A DNA stretch of 64,000 nt, taken from positions 13,649 through 77,648 of the forward strand of contig NZ_JBMFWB010000004.1 in the NCBI RefSeq assembly GCF_049965695.1, given 5' to 3'. Positions 27,608 to 35,729 of this stretch are shown piece after piece; position 1 is the stretch's first letter, and the number at the start of each line of letters is the position of its first letter. Below the pieces are notes generated by a model. It ran no database searches, was not told the DNA's origin, and saw only the letters and a list, made by a program, of their open reading frames with translations. The translations under genes and the position numbers were made by a program. Origin of the DNA: Athalassotoga sp. Lineage in GTDB: Bacteria; Thermotogota; Thermotogae; Mesoaciditogales; Mesoaciditogaceae.

Positions 27608-28461
27608 CTCTGTATATCTCTGTGAGAAATCCTCACAGAAGCGTCTTTTCTTAACAATTCAGAAAGTTCATTTGCTATGTAAACTGATCGATGCTTTCCA
27701 CCGCTGCAGCCGATCGCCACGTATATGACGCTCTTTCCTTCTTTTGAATAACTTTCGATCGCCATTTTTATAATATCAGATACTTTATTTATGTATTCTT
27801 TGACGATGTCAAATCGTTGAAGATATTCAATTACTTCTGGATCATTTCCGTTTTTGTCCGCAAGAGATTCAACGTAATAAGGATTAGGAAGAAATCTTGC
27901 GTCAAAAACGAAATCAGCGCCAAGCGGAAGACCATATTTAAATCCGAAAGATTCAAGGAAGATCTTCAAAACCCTTTCTGATTTACCTTCAACTATGGTT
28001 ATAACTTCACTTCTGAGTTGATGCGTGTTTATCAAAGACGTATCTATCACGTAATCTGACATCTCTCTTATTTCCTGTAAAAGGCGTCTTTCTTCGACCA
28101 AAAGTTTTTCTATTTCCTGATCTTTTTCCGTGGAAAGAGGATGACGTCTTCGGGTGAGATTGTATCTGTTTATCAAAACATCATCTTTCGCGTCTAAGAA
28201 GATGATCTTGATCAAGACACCCTGCGATTTAAGATCTTCGATGACGGATTTTATTTGACCAAGCGTTTGGCCTGCTCTTACATCAACTATGGTTGCAATT
28301 TTCTTCCCGTTAAAAGTTGAATTCATAAGAGAAAGTATGTCGACTAAAAGGGCAGGCGGAATGTTATCCATGCAAAAATATCCTACATCTTCCAACGCTC
28401 CAAGTGCCGTCGTTTTGCCGGCCCCTGACATTCCGGATATTACAACAAGTTCAGCTGCCAA
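27604..28461 (-). CDS. rapZ: RNase adapter RapZ (YvcJ) P-loop protein
   Basis: SGMSGAGKT...LED.GYFC.DN.P, TRRRHPL, SFGFKYG, RFLPNPYY, GCSGGKHRSV. Confidence 0.94.
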   Translation of the reverse strand: MAAELVVISGMSGAGKTTALGALEDVGYFCMDNIPPALLVDILSLMNSTFNGKKIATIVDVRAGQTLGQIKSVIEDLKSQGVLIKIIFLDAKDDVLINRYNLTRRRHPLSTEKDQEIEKLLVEERRLLQEIREMSDYVIDTSLINTHQLRSEVITIVEGKSERVLKIFLESFGFKYGLPLGADFVFDARFLPNPYYVESLADKNGNDPEVIEYLQRFDIVKEYINKVSDIIKMAIESYSKEGKSVIYVAIGCSGGKHRSVYIANELSELLRKDASVRISHRDIQR

Positions 28462-28720
28462 TTCTCTTTCCTTGCTTTTCTATCTTTTCCGTTAATGCCG
28501 CCAACTGTTTTTTGAGTTCTAAATTCTCTTCGAGCACGTTAAGCAGCATCATGAGAAAAAAATGTTCATTTCCATACTTCTCAACCTCTTGAGAATGAGA
28601 TGCAAAGTTCATCTTGATCTCGTTTAGGATTTCATCAACCTGATTCTGCGGATCGCCTGTTTCAAATTTGTAATTTTTGGTTCCCAACTCAAAGTTAACC
28701 GTTCTTTTCATATCTTTCAA
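28451..28720 (-). CDS. zapA: Cell division protein ZapA-like
   Basis: N-terminal beta hairpin (VNFELGTKNYKF), LLNVLEE followed by coiled coil, about 90 aa. Confidence 0.6.
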   Translation of the reverse strand: MKDMKRTVNFELGTKNYKFETGDPQNQVDEILNEIKMNFASHSQEVEKYGNEHFFLMMLLNVLEENLELKKQLAALTEKIEKQGKRIGS

Positions 28721-28938
28721 ACACTCTCCTTTTTGTCAGAACCAACGATATTTTCAAGTTTCTTCATAAGAATTTCAACTCTGACACTTTGTTCTCTCAG
28801 CATCTCTTTGAGTTCTACATTTTCATTTCTTAGGACTTCTATTTCAGAATTGGATTTTTCGATATTTTTGACGAGTTTTTCTCTTTCTTCCAAAAGTCCG
28901 TCGACAAGATTCTCAAGTTTTTTTAAAATGTCGTCCAC
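28717..28938 (-). CDS. Short coiled-coil protein, ZapB-like
   Basis: LKKLENLVDGLL...LRNENVELKE heptads; directly upstream of the zapA-like gene. Confidence 0.55.
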   Translation of the reverse strand: MDDILKKLENLVDGLLEEREKLVKNIEKSNSEIEVLRNENVELKEMLREQSVRVEILMKKLENIVGSDKKESV

Positions 28939-28984
28939 AGGATCAACACCTCAAACATAATTTTAACAGATTTTTAGATATTTT

Positions 28985-29785
28985 TCAAAAAATGCAACAT
29001 TCATCTTGAAACGTCAGTTTATATCCGCTTTTACGGAGGAACTCCGTTAATTTTTCGGAAGGTTGGGTTATGGTGTTAAAACCTGCTTCAACGGCGGCAG
29101 TGGCTATTTCATCTCGAAGATTTCCCTTCGGGTACATGCAGCCAAGGTTAAGATCACAGTTGAATTTTTTTCTCGCATATCCAAAAACGTCTTTTATTTC
29201 TTCAATCTTTGGAGGCTGGCATTTTTCGAAATAAGTCATTGGAGTTGGTATAAAAACGAGAAAAACCACTTTTTCAAGTTTATAAGAAGAAAGTATATCA
29301 ATGGCTTTGTACTCGTGGCTTATCTTTCCACAATCAAGACCAACGGTGATATGGGGATAAACTGCTTTTTTGAATTTCAAAAGATTTTCAAGAGATCTGA
29401 CGTAATCTTCGACTTTGGCGTTGAGATTGTAAACTTTTTTTATAACTTCGTCTTCTCCGACGAAATCAAAAGATATCGCATCGGCTATTTTTGATATCTC
29501 CATGGCTTCAAGTTCATTCACAAGACCTGTGTGAAAATTGAGTTTGAAATTTTTCAATCTTTTAATCTCTTCGATATGATCCGTTATTGGCACTTTCCCG
29601 TCCGGAGTTGAACCGCCACTTATAAGCAAACTTTTTGTGTTTAAAGGAATTTGATCCGTTTTGTTTATGGAAATCATGCTTTCGAGATAATGACGTCCGC
29701 AATGTTTACAGTTAAGATAACAAACCGTTCCCGTCACACTGACGGAAACGGTTGATTCAAGTTTGACTATTTTGATTTCTTTCAA
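28985..29785 (-). CDS. Radical SAM protein, LipS1-like (biotin synthase-related family)
   Basis: SVTG..CYLNCKHC (CX3CX2C), LISGG, NFHTG, PHITVG, LGCM and terminal CC motifs; AGAGGT RBS before TTG 29785. Confidence 0.75.
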   Translation of the reverse strand: MKEIKIVKLESTVSVSVTGTVCYLNCKHCGRHYLESMISINKTDQIPLNTKSLLISGGSTPDGKVPITDHIEEIKRLKNFKLNFHTGLVNELEAMEISKIADAISFDFVGEDEVIKKVYNLNAKVEDYVRSLENLLKFKKAVYPHITVGLDCGKISHEYKAIDILSSYKLEKVVFLVFIPTPMTYFEKCQPPKIEEIKDVFGYARKKFNCDLNLGCMYPKGNLRDEIATAAVEAGFNTITQPSEKLTEFLRKSGYKLTFQDECCIF

Positions 29786-30783
29786 GAAATTTTTACCTCT
29801 TTTAGATATTTTGCGGCATCTTCGGGTGGCATAGGGTTTATGTAAAATCCGGATCCCCATTCAAAACCGGCGAGTTTGGTCAATCTTGGGACAATCTCAA
29901 GATGCCAGTGGTAATATTCTTTTCCTTCTCCGTGAGGCGTGCCCGTGTGGATCATGAAGTTGTAAGGAGGATCGTCAAGTGCTATTTTCATCCTCAAAAG
30001 CACATTTTTAAGTATTGCGGAGAAATTCTTAACGTGCGTTTCATCTATGTCTCCGAAATTATATTGATGAACTTTGGGAAGGATCCACGTTTCAAATGGC
30101 GCGCGAGAAGCATACGGTTCAAAAGCAAGAAAATCTTCATTTTCTTCAACAACGCGCGTGTTTTCCATTTTTTCTTCCTGAATTATATCGCAATAAATAC
30201 ATCTTTCACGAAATCCGTAATATTCTTTTGAACCTTCCATTTCTTGAAGCACAAGATTAGGCATTATTGGAGTTGCTATTATCTGAGAGTGAGAATGTTC
30301 GAGAGAAGCACCCGCGTCTGCACCGTAATTCTTGAATATGAGCACGTATTTTATATTTGGATCTTTAAAGATTGCGTTGTACCTTTCCACGTAAGCCCAA
30401 ACAACTTCTTGAACCTGTTTGTATTCAAGTGTCCCAAGCGTTGCGTTATGATCCGGAGTTTCTATTATTATCTCATGGGCACCAAAGCCTGCCATTGAAT
30501 CGTAAATCCCGTGGCCCAATCTCACAGGCTGGACCTTTGGATCGAGTGCCGGAAATTTGTTCGGTACGACTCTTATCCACCAACCGGGTGTATTAGGGGC
30601 CGTGTTTGCAGGTCTGAATGCCATTATTTCCGGGGGAGTTGAAGATTCGTTGCCGGCATCAAAGGGACAAAATTTTGAGACTTTTTCAGTCGGCGGTTTC
30701 GCAAAATCGTGTGGTCTTTTGGCCCTTTCTGTTGAAATTATGACCCAACTTTTCGTTATGATATCTTTTCTCAACTCTGGCAT
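29782..30783 (-). CDS. galT: Galactose-1-phosphate uridylyltransferase
   Basis: ELRKD, RAKRP, CPF..GNE, NKFPAL, GASLEHSHSQ, AGFEWGSG..INP. Confidence 0.94.
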   Translation of the reverse strand: MPELRKDIITKSWVIISTERAKRPHDFAKPPTEKVSKFCPFDAGNESSTPPEIMAFRPANTAPNTPGWWIRVVPNKFPALDPKVQPVRLGHGIYDSMAGFGAHEIIIETPDHNATLGTLEYKQVQEVVWAYVERYNAIFKDPNIKYVLIFKNYGADAGASLEHSHSQIIATPIMPNLVLQEMEGSKEYYGFRERCIYCDIIQEEKMENTRVVEENEDFLAFEPYASRAPFETWILPKVHQYNFGDIDETHVKNFSAILKNVLLRMKIALDDPPYNFMIHTGTPHGEGKEYYHWHLEIVPRLTKLAGFEWGSGFYINPMPPEDAAKYLKEVKIS

Positions 30784-30787
30784 TTTA

Positions 30788-32230
30788 TCACCTTGTTTTC
30801 GAAAGTTCGTAAAGTTTAACGTACTCGGAAGCCGATCTTTCCCAAGAGAGATCTGTGTTCATTGCATTTTTTATCAGTACCGGCATGAAATCATCCCGTT
30901 TGTAGTAATACAAAGCCTTCAAAATGGCCTTGAGCAGATAAGATGAATCGTAATTTTTAAATCCAAAGCCGTTTCCAGATTTACCGTCAAATTCCGCTAC
31001 GGTATCGGCAAGGCCACCGGTGTACCTAACTATTGGAATTGTACCATACCTCAAACTGTACATTTGCCCCAGTCCGCACGGTTCATATTTTGATGGCATC
31101 AGAAAAAAGTCAGAGGCGGCATATATTCTTTGTGCAAGGTTGACGTCAAATCCGATTTTGACGGCTACTTTTTTGGGAAATTCTTTCGCAAGTTCCAAAA
31201 AGGCATTTTCATACTTTGGTTCTCCCGTTCCGAGAAGTACAAAGTTAACGTTGCAAGACGCAACGACATATTTCATTATGTCATCCACGAGATCAAGACC
31301 TTTTTGATCGAATAACCTGCTTATAAGTCCTATGACAGGTGTATCCCTTTCAACTTCAAGACCAACTTCTTTTTGAAGAGAATCTTTGTTTTTTCTTTTG
31401 CCTTCAAGTGATTTCAGGTTGTAATTGTAAGGAATGCGTTTGTCAGTTTCAGGATCATTTTCTACATAGTCGATACCGTTTAGAACGCCGTATAGAACAT
31501 CTTTTCGAAGTTGAAGCACTCCTTCCAATTTCTCTCCATATTCAGGAGTTTTTATCTCTTCAGCGTAAGTTGGACTAACGGTATTGACAATATCAGAGAA
31601 AAGAATTCCTCCCTTCATGAAGTTTATCCTTCCATAGAATTCTATGCCATCCATGTTATAGACATAATCTGGTAACTTTGCAAAATTCATGTACGATCTA
31701 TCAAAAACACCTTGATATCCAAGATTATGTATGGTGTAAACGGTCGATATATCGGAAAAATAGGAATCTTCTCTGTAAATGGTTTTTAAGTAGACCGGAA
31801 GTAATCCGGTTTGCCAATCGTTGGAATGAATTACATCAAAATGAATGTTGAGTTTTTTGATTGAATCTATGACCGCTTTGGTGAAAAAAATGGCTTGCTG
31901 GCCACCATCTGGAGATCCGTAAACGTCTTTCGAAGAAAAGTAATAATCATTTGAGACCAAGTAAATGGGAATGTCGGTTTCTGGCAGATTCGTTTTATAA
32001 ATAGAGGCTTTTTGATCTGTTCCGATACCGAGATCGAAATCATCGATTACCTTTTTAACCTCAAGACCAAATTTTTTGATGTTCTCTTCGACTATCTTAT
32101 GATAAGGCATGAATATGGATACATCCACGTTTTTTTTCTTCAATGCCTTTGGAAGAGATCCGGCAACATCCGCAAGACCTCCGACTTTAGCCAGAGGGTA
32201 AACCTCAAAAGAAACAAAAGCAATTTTCAT
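30788..32230 (-). CDS. glgA: Glycogen synthase
   Basis: KVGGLADV, HSNDWQT, TIHNLGYQG, VSPTYA, MPSKYEPCGLGQM. Confidence 0.96.
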   Translation of the reverse strand: MKIAFVSFEVYPLAKVGGLADVAGSLPKALKKKNVDVSIFMPYHKIVEENIKKFGLEVKKVIDDFDLGIGTDQKASIYKTNLPETDIPIYLVSNDYYFSSKDVYGSPDGGQQAIFFTKAVIDSIKKLNIHFDVIHSNDWQTGLLPVYLKTIYREDSYFSDISTVYTIHNLGYQGVFDRSYMNFAKLPDYVYNMDGIEFYGRINFMKGGILFSDIVNTVSPTYAEEIKTPEYGEKLEGVLQLRKDVLYGVLNGIDYVENDPETDKRIPYNYNLKSLEGKRKNKDSLQKEVGLEVERDTPVIGLISRLFDQKGLDLVDDIMKYVVASCNVNFVLLGTGEPKYENAFLELAKEFPKKVAVKIGFDVNLAQRIYAASDFFLMPSKYEPCGLGQMYSLRYGTIPIVRYTGGLADTVAEFDGKSGNGFGFKNYDSSYLLKAILKALYYYKRDDFMPVLIKNAMNTDLSWERSASEYVKLYELSKTR

Positions 32231-32245
32231 ATATGACCATTCCTT

Positions 32246-32848
32246 TCATAATTTTTCTTCTTTTATTATCGAGGTGTAACGTATTTCGTTGATATCTAAA
32301 ATCCTCGAAAGTTCTTTCACACTTTTTCCTTCAACTCTTATTACGGCTATTTTATTTCCAACCTGTTCCGTTGGATAAATTAGAACTGATAAAACATTCA
32401 TGGAATGGAGGTAAAGCACATCAAGCACATGTTTCAACGATCCGGGTGTATCTTTGAGATCCACCTCAATTCTTATGCCTCCCTCACCAAAACCTGCCAT
32501 TTGTGTAAAAGCGTCTAAGATATCGAAAATGGATATAACTCCAACGAGTTTATCCGAAGATATAACAGGAAGTATTTCCATATCTGACTCAAGAAAAAAA
32601 ACCGCCGCTTCGTCTAAGGTATCTTGCGGGCTCAAAGTATAAGGTACATCATGAATGTAGTCAGTTACCGGTAAAGCATCATCCATCCCAAGTATTTCAT
32701 CGGCTTTCACGATGCCCTCAAAATTTTTGTCAGAAGAGACAACACAACAATTTGATGCTGACGTGCGCAAAATTCTTTTCGCTTCACCGATTAAGGTGCT
32801 TTTTTGAATCGTAACGAACTCTTTTTTCATGAAATCTTCGATCGACAT
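32246..32848 (-). CDS. CBS-pair plus ACT domain protein (AcuB-like)
   Basis: Two CBS repeats (LPV...KLVGVIS..DIL) followed by GG.RIEV...DTPGSL ACT domain. Confidence 0.8.
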   Translation of the reverse strand: MSIEDFMKKEFVTIQKSTLIGEAKRILRTSASNCCVVSSDKNFEGIVKADEILGMDDALPVTDYIHDVPYTLSPQDTLDEAAVFFLESDMEILPVISSDKLVGVISIFDILDAFTQMAGFGEGGIRIEVDLKDTPGSLKHVLDVLYLHSMNVLSVLIYPTEQVGNKIAVIRVEGKSVKELSRILDINEIRYTSIIKEEKL

Positions 32849-32992
32849 AGACTTCTCTCCTTTCCCACAAATAAGATCATACAACAAAAAACGTTAAAAA
32901 CAAAAATTTTGAAGATAACTTGAGATAAAAAGCGAAAGCAAAAGATAAATTCGTTTAATTGGTCCTAATTACGAAAAAAACGTTGAAAACAA

Positions 32993-34576
32993 TCAATTAT
33001 CTCTTAAAATTGGTCTTTCAAGTACGTAAAAAATCGCAAATGTCACAATCGTCAAAATTGCACCGAAGGCCTGTGCTTCCGGAACATGCATCGATGAAAA
33101 TAATTTGTAAGCGCTTGCGGATATCATTGGAAATCGGGGATCGTAAAGTACAAGCGTTGCACCCATTTCTCCCATTGAAATGGCAAAAGCAAAGAAAAAA
33201 GTTGAAATTATCTGAGGTTTTAAAACAGGAATTCTTATCATGAACGTTTTTTGAAACCAATTTGCACCGTCAACCGAGGCGGCTTCGTCTATTTCCGACG
33301 GGAATCTCTGCCAGCCTGCCAGTATGGTTTGAAATCCTATGGGAAATGATAGCATCGTGTATATTGGAATTATTTCGAACGGAAATGTCAGAGGTATGTA
33401 ATTTTGAACTGCGAGATATCCAAAAGCGAGAGTAACGGGTGAAACGGCAAGGGCAGATGTGAAAAGCGCGTCAAAAATCGGAACTTTGATTTTTGTCACC
33501 GCATGTGCCGCAGTGATCGAAAGCGCTACCGTCAAAATCGCACTTAAACTCGAAAAGGCAAAAGTCCATAAAATTGAAGAAAGCACCGAATTCCCTATGT
33601 AAGGATCCATCCTGCCGGAAAATAACCTTTCAAACCATTCGAGTGTGAAAGTTGAATTTTGAAAGTTCCAAAATCCGGTGAAAATCTGGGACAAAATAGG
33701 GCCAAAGACAAATACGGATATGCCCAGTATGTAAAACAATCCCCATGAAGGAAACTTTGAATTTGTCCGCGATACTTCTTGAGAAAAGGTACCTGCGGAT
33801 TTTCTCAGAATCGAGAATACAGATGCTATCAACCCTACCAAGCATATTTGAATCAAAGTAAGTCCTATTGCTCCTTTGAAATCAAGTAACGTCGTGAGAT
33901 ACATGTAAATCTGCACTTCAAGTGTCGAAAATTGTGATCCACCTATGACAAGCATGACGGTAAAAGAAGTAAAACAATAGATGAAGATAAGCAATGCCGA
34001 TGCTATTATGGATGGCAACAGAATCGGTAATTCAACGGAAATGAAACTTCTCAATCTCGATGCACCATCTATTTTCGCCGCTTCGGCGTATATCGGATCA
34101 AGGGTTGAGATTGCGCTGCCGACTATCACCATGGTAAGAGGAAAATTGTAAAAAGCGTTTCCCATGACAACGCCAAGCAAAGTGAAAAGCGGCTCAAACC
34201 TCACATGAAAAATCGGCCATAAAAAATATGCGTTTAATACACCACTGTGACCGAAGAAAGATATAAAACCCAACGTCATGGAAATAGATGGCATGACGAA
34301 TGGCACGGTTGAAAGTGCCATAAAGATTCCTTTGAATTTGAATTTCGTCCTCCCGATAAGGTATGCCCCGGGCAAACCCATGGCAACGGCAAGCATTGTG
34401 GACAAAACGGCCTGATAAGTCGTGAATTTGAATATTTGAAAGTTAAGGGTGTTGAAGATCGAAACGTTGCCATTTAATTTGTAAGTGTAGACGAAGAGTA
34501 TGACAATCGGAAAGATGTAAGCCCCCGCCGTGAAAAAGATGGCAGGGGTAAGTTCGAAAAAGATACTTTTCTTCAT
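32993..34576 (-). CDS. thiP: Thiamine ABC transporter permease
   Basis: Duplicated permease with two EAA..DGA loops, FYNFPL; downstream of tbpA and a TPP riboswitch. Confidence 0.87.
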   Translation of the reverse strand: MKKSIFFELTPAIFFTAGAYIFPIVILFVYTYKLNGNVSIFNTLNFQIFKFTTYQAVLSTMLAVAMGLPGAYLIGRTKFKFKGIFMALSTVPFVMPSISMTLGFISFFGHSGVLNAYFLWPIFHVRFEPLFTLLGVVMGNAFYNFPLTMVIVGSAISTLDPIYAEAAKIDGASRLRSFISVELPILLPSIIASALLIFIYCFTSFTVMLVIGGSQFSTLEVQIYMYLTTLLDFKGAIGLTLIQICLVGLIASVFSILRKSAGTFSQEVSRTNSKFPSWGLFYILGISVFVFGPILSQIFTGFWNFQNSTFTLEWFERLFSGRMDPYIGNSVLSSILWTFAFSSLSAILTVALSITAAHAVTKIKVPIFDALFTSALAVSPVTLAFGYLAVQNYIPLTFPFEIIPIYTMLSFPIGFQTILAGWQRFPSEIDEAASVDGANWFQKTFMIRIPVLKPQIISTFFFAFAISMGEMGATLVLYDPRFPMISASAYKLFSSMHVPEAQAFGAILTIVTFAIFYVLERPILRDN

Positions 34577-35565
34577 TTAACGATTATCTCTGTCCATTGG
34601 GTGATCCAATTTGAGAGAGAATCGGAAATTTGATCGAGCGGGATCGTTATGGTTTTCGTTATTGAAGGAGCATGATCGATGAAAACTTTTGGAAGCGGCA
34701 CATTTGTAACGGGATACATCCATTGATTTAAAGGAATTGCCGACTGAAAATCTTTCGAAAGCATGAAATTCATAAAATCCTTTGCAAGTGCAAGATTGCG
34801 AGTTCCCTTCACGATACCCGCGTATTCAACCATGACATATGCCTCGCCATTTGGAATGACGACGCCTATGTCAGAACCGTTGTAGTAGTAATAGTTGTAA
34901 GCCTCGTCCGTTGCAAAACTTACCATCATTTTTGCTTCTCCACTTTCAAGCATTTGAAAAGCACTGTCCCATCCACTTGTAACGGTCTTTATAGTTGGAA
35001 CAAGTTTTTCCCAGTAGTTTTGCCAGTTGTTCCCGTAAATTCCAATTGTCCATAAAAGAAAGTCAAGGCCTGTTGTTGAAGTCCTCGGATCTTCGATGAC
35101 GAGGGTATGTGCATATTCAGGATTTAAAAGTGCTTCAAAAGTTTGGGGAGGATTCGATATGGTTTTAAGGTTATAGTCTATAGCAAGGGCTCCGTAATCA
35201 AATGGAATGACTCTGTATTGCGGATCGATGAGAAAAGATTTGTCAACGATGCTTGCGATATCCGTTGGCTCATAAGGTGTAAGCAAGTTTTCATCCAAAA
35301 CTTTTGGAATCTGGCTTTGAGGCAGACCTATCACAACATCGGCTTTAGGGTTAGACTTCTCAAGGATCAACCTTGCCACGATATTTCCACTTTCCATGGA
35401 TACAAAATTGATCTTGCAGTTGTACATTTTTTCAAAAACAGGCTTGATCTCGTTGCCAATGCCGGAGACAAAACTGCTGTAGGTGTATATCGTAAGGGTA
35501 TCGCCGGCAAAGCCGACTCCGATAAGCAAAACGATCGATGCGATCAACAAAAAGTATTTTTTCAA
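34573..35565 (-). CDS. thiB: Thiamine ABC transporter substrate-binding protein
   Basis: GGAGGTGG RBS before TTG 35565; LTIYTYSSF, PKADVVIG, PFDYG, DPRTSTTG, QWMYPV. Confidence 0.9.
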   Translation of the reverse strand: MKKYFLLIASIVLLIGVGFAGDTLTIYTYSSFVSGIGNEIKPVFEKMYNCKINFVSMESGNIVARLILEKSNPKADVVIGLPQSQIPKVLDENLLTPYEPTDIASIVDKSFLIDPQYRVIPFDYGALAIDYNLKTISNPPQTFEALLNPEYAHTLVIEDPRTSTTGLDFLLWTIGIYGNNWQNYWEKLVPTIKTVTSGWDSAFQMLESGEAKMMVSFATDEAYNYYYYNGSDIGVVIPNGEAYVMVEYAGIVKGTRNLALAKDFMNFMLSKDFQSAIPLNQWMYPVTNVPLPKVFIDHAPSITKTITIPLDQISDSLSNWITQWTEIIVK

Positions 35566-35585
35566 AATAACCACCTCCAAAAAAT

Positions 35586-35610
35586 TAAAGCCATCTCTCA
35601 CGGAGATGGC
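35586..35610 (-). terminator. Terminator of the TPP riboswitch expression platform
   Basis: GCCATCTC-CGTGA-GAGATGGC followed by TTTAATTTTTT on the minus strand. Confidence 0.75.
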
Positions 35611-35622
35611 CAGTTCATCCTT

Positions 35623-35708
35623 ATTTCCCTTCGCCGGTATTAACCGGATCAGGTTCAAAGGGTCGAGGCTTTAAGCCTCCTCTCAGCCAGTTCACTGGCT
35701 CCCCGTTA
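35623..35708 (-). ncRNA. TPP (THI-box) riboswitch
   Basis: Minus strand GGGGAGCC...CTGAGA...GACCCTTTGAACCTGATCCGGTTAATACCGGCGAAGGGAA, upstream of thiB-thiP. Confidence 0.95.
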
Positions 35709-35729
35709 CGATCATATTTTACCACATTA

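Noticed and set aside
35566-35658. N-terminal extension of thiB in the ORF track
   Set aside because: It overlaps the TPP riboswitch and terminator; RBS and signal peptide point to TTG 35565.
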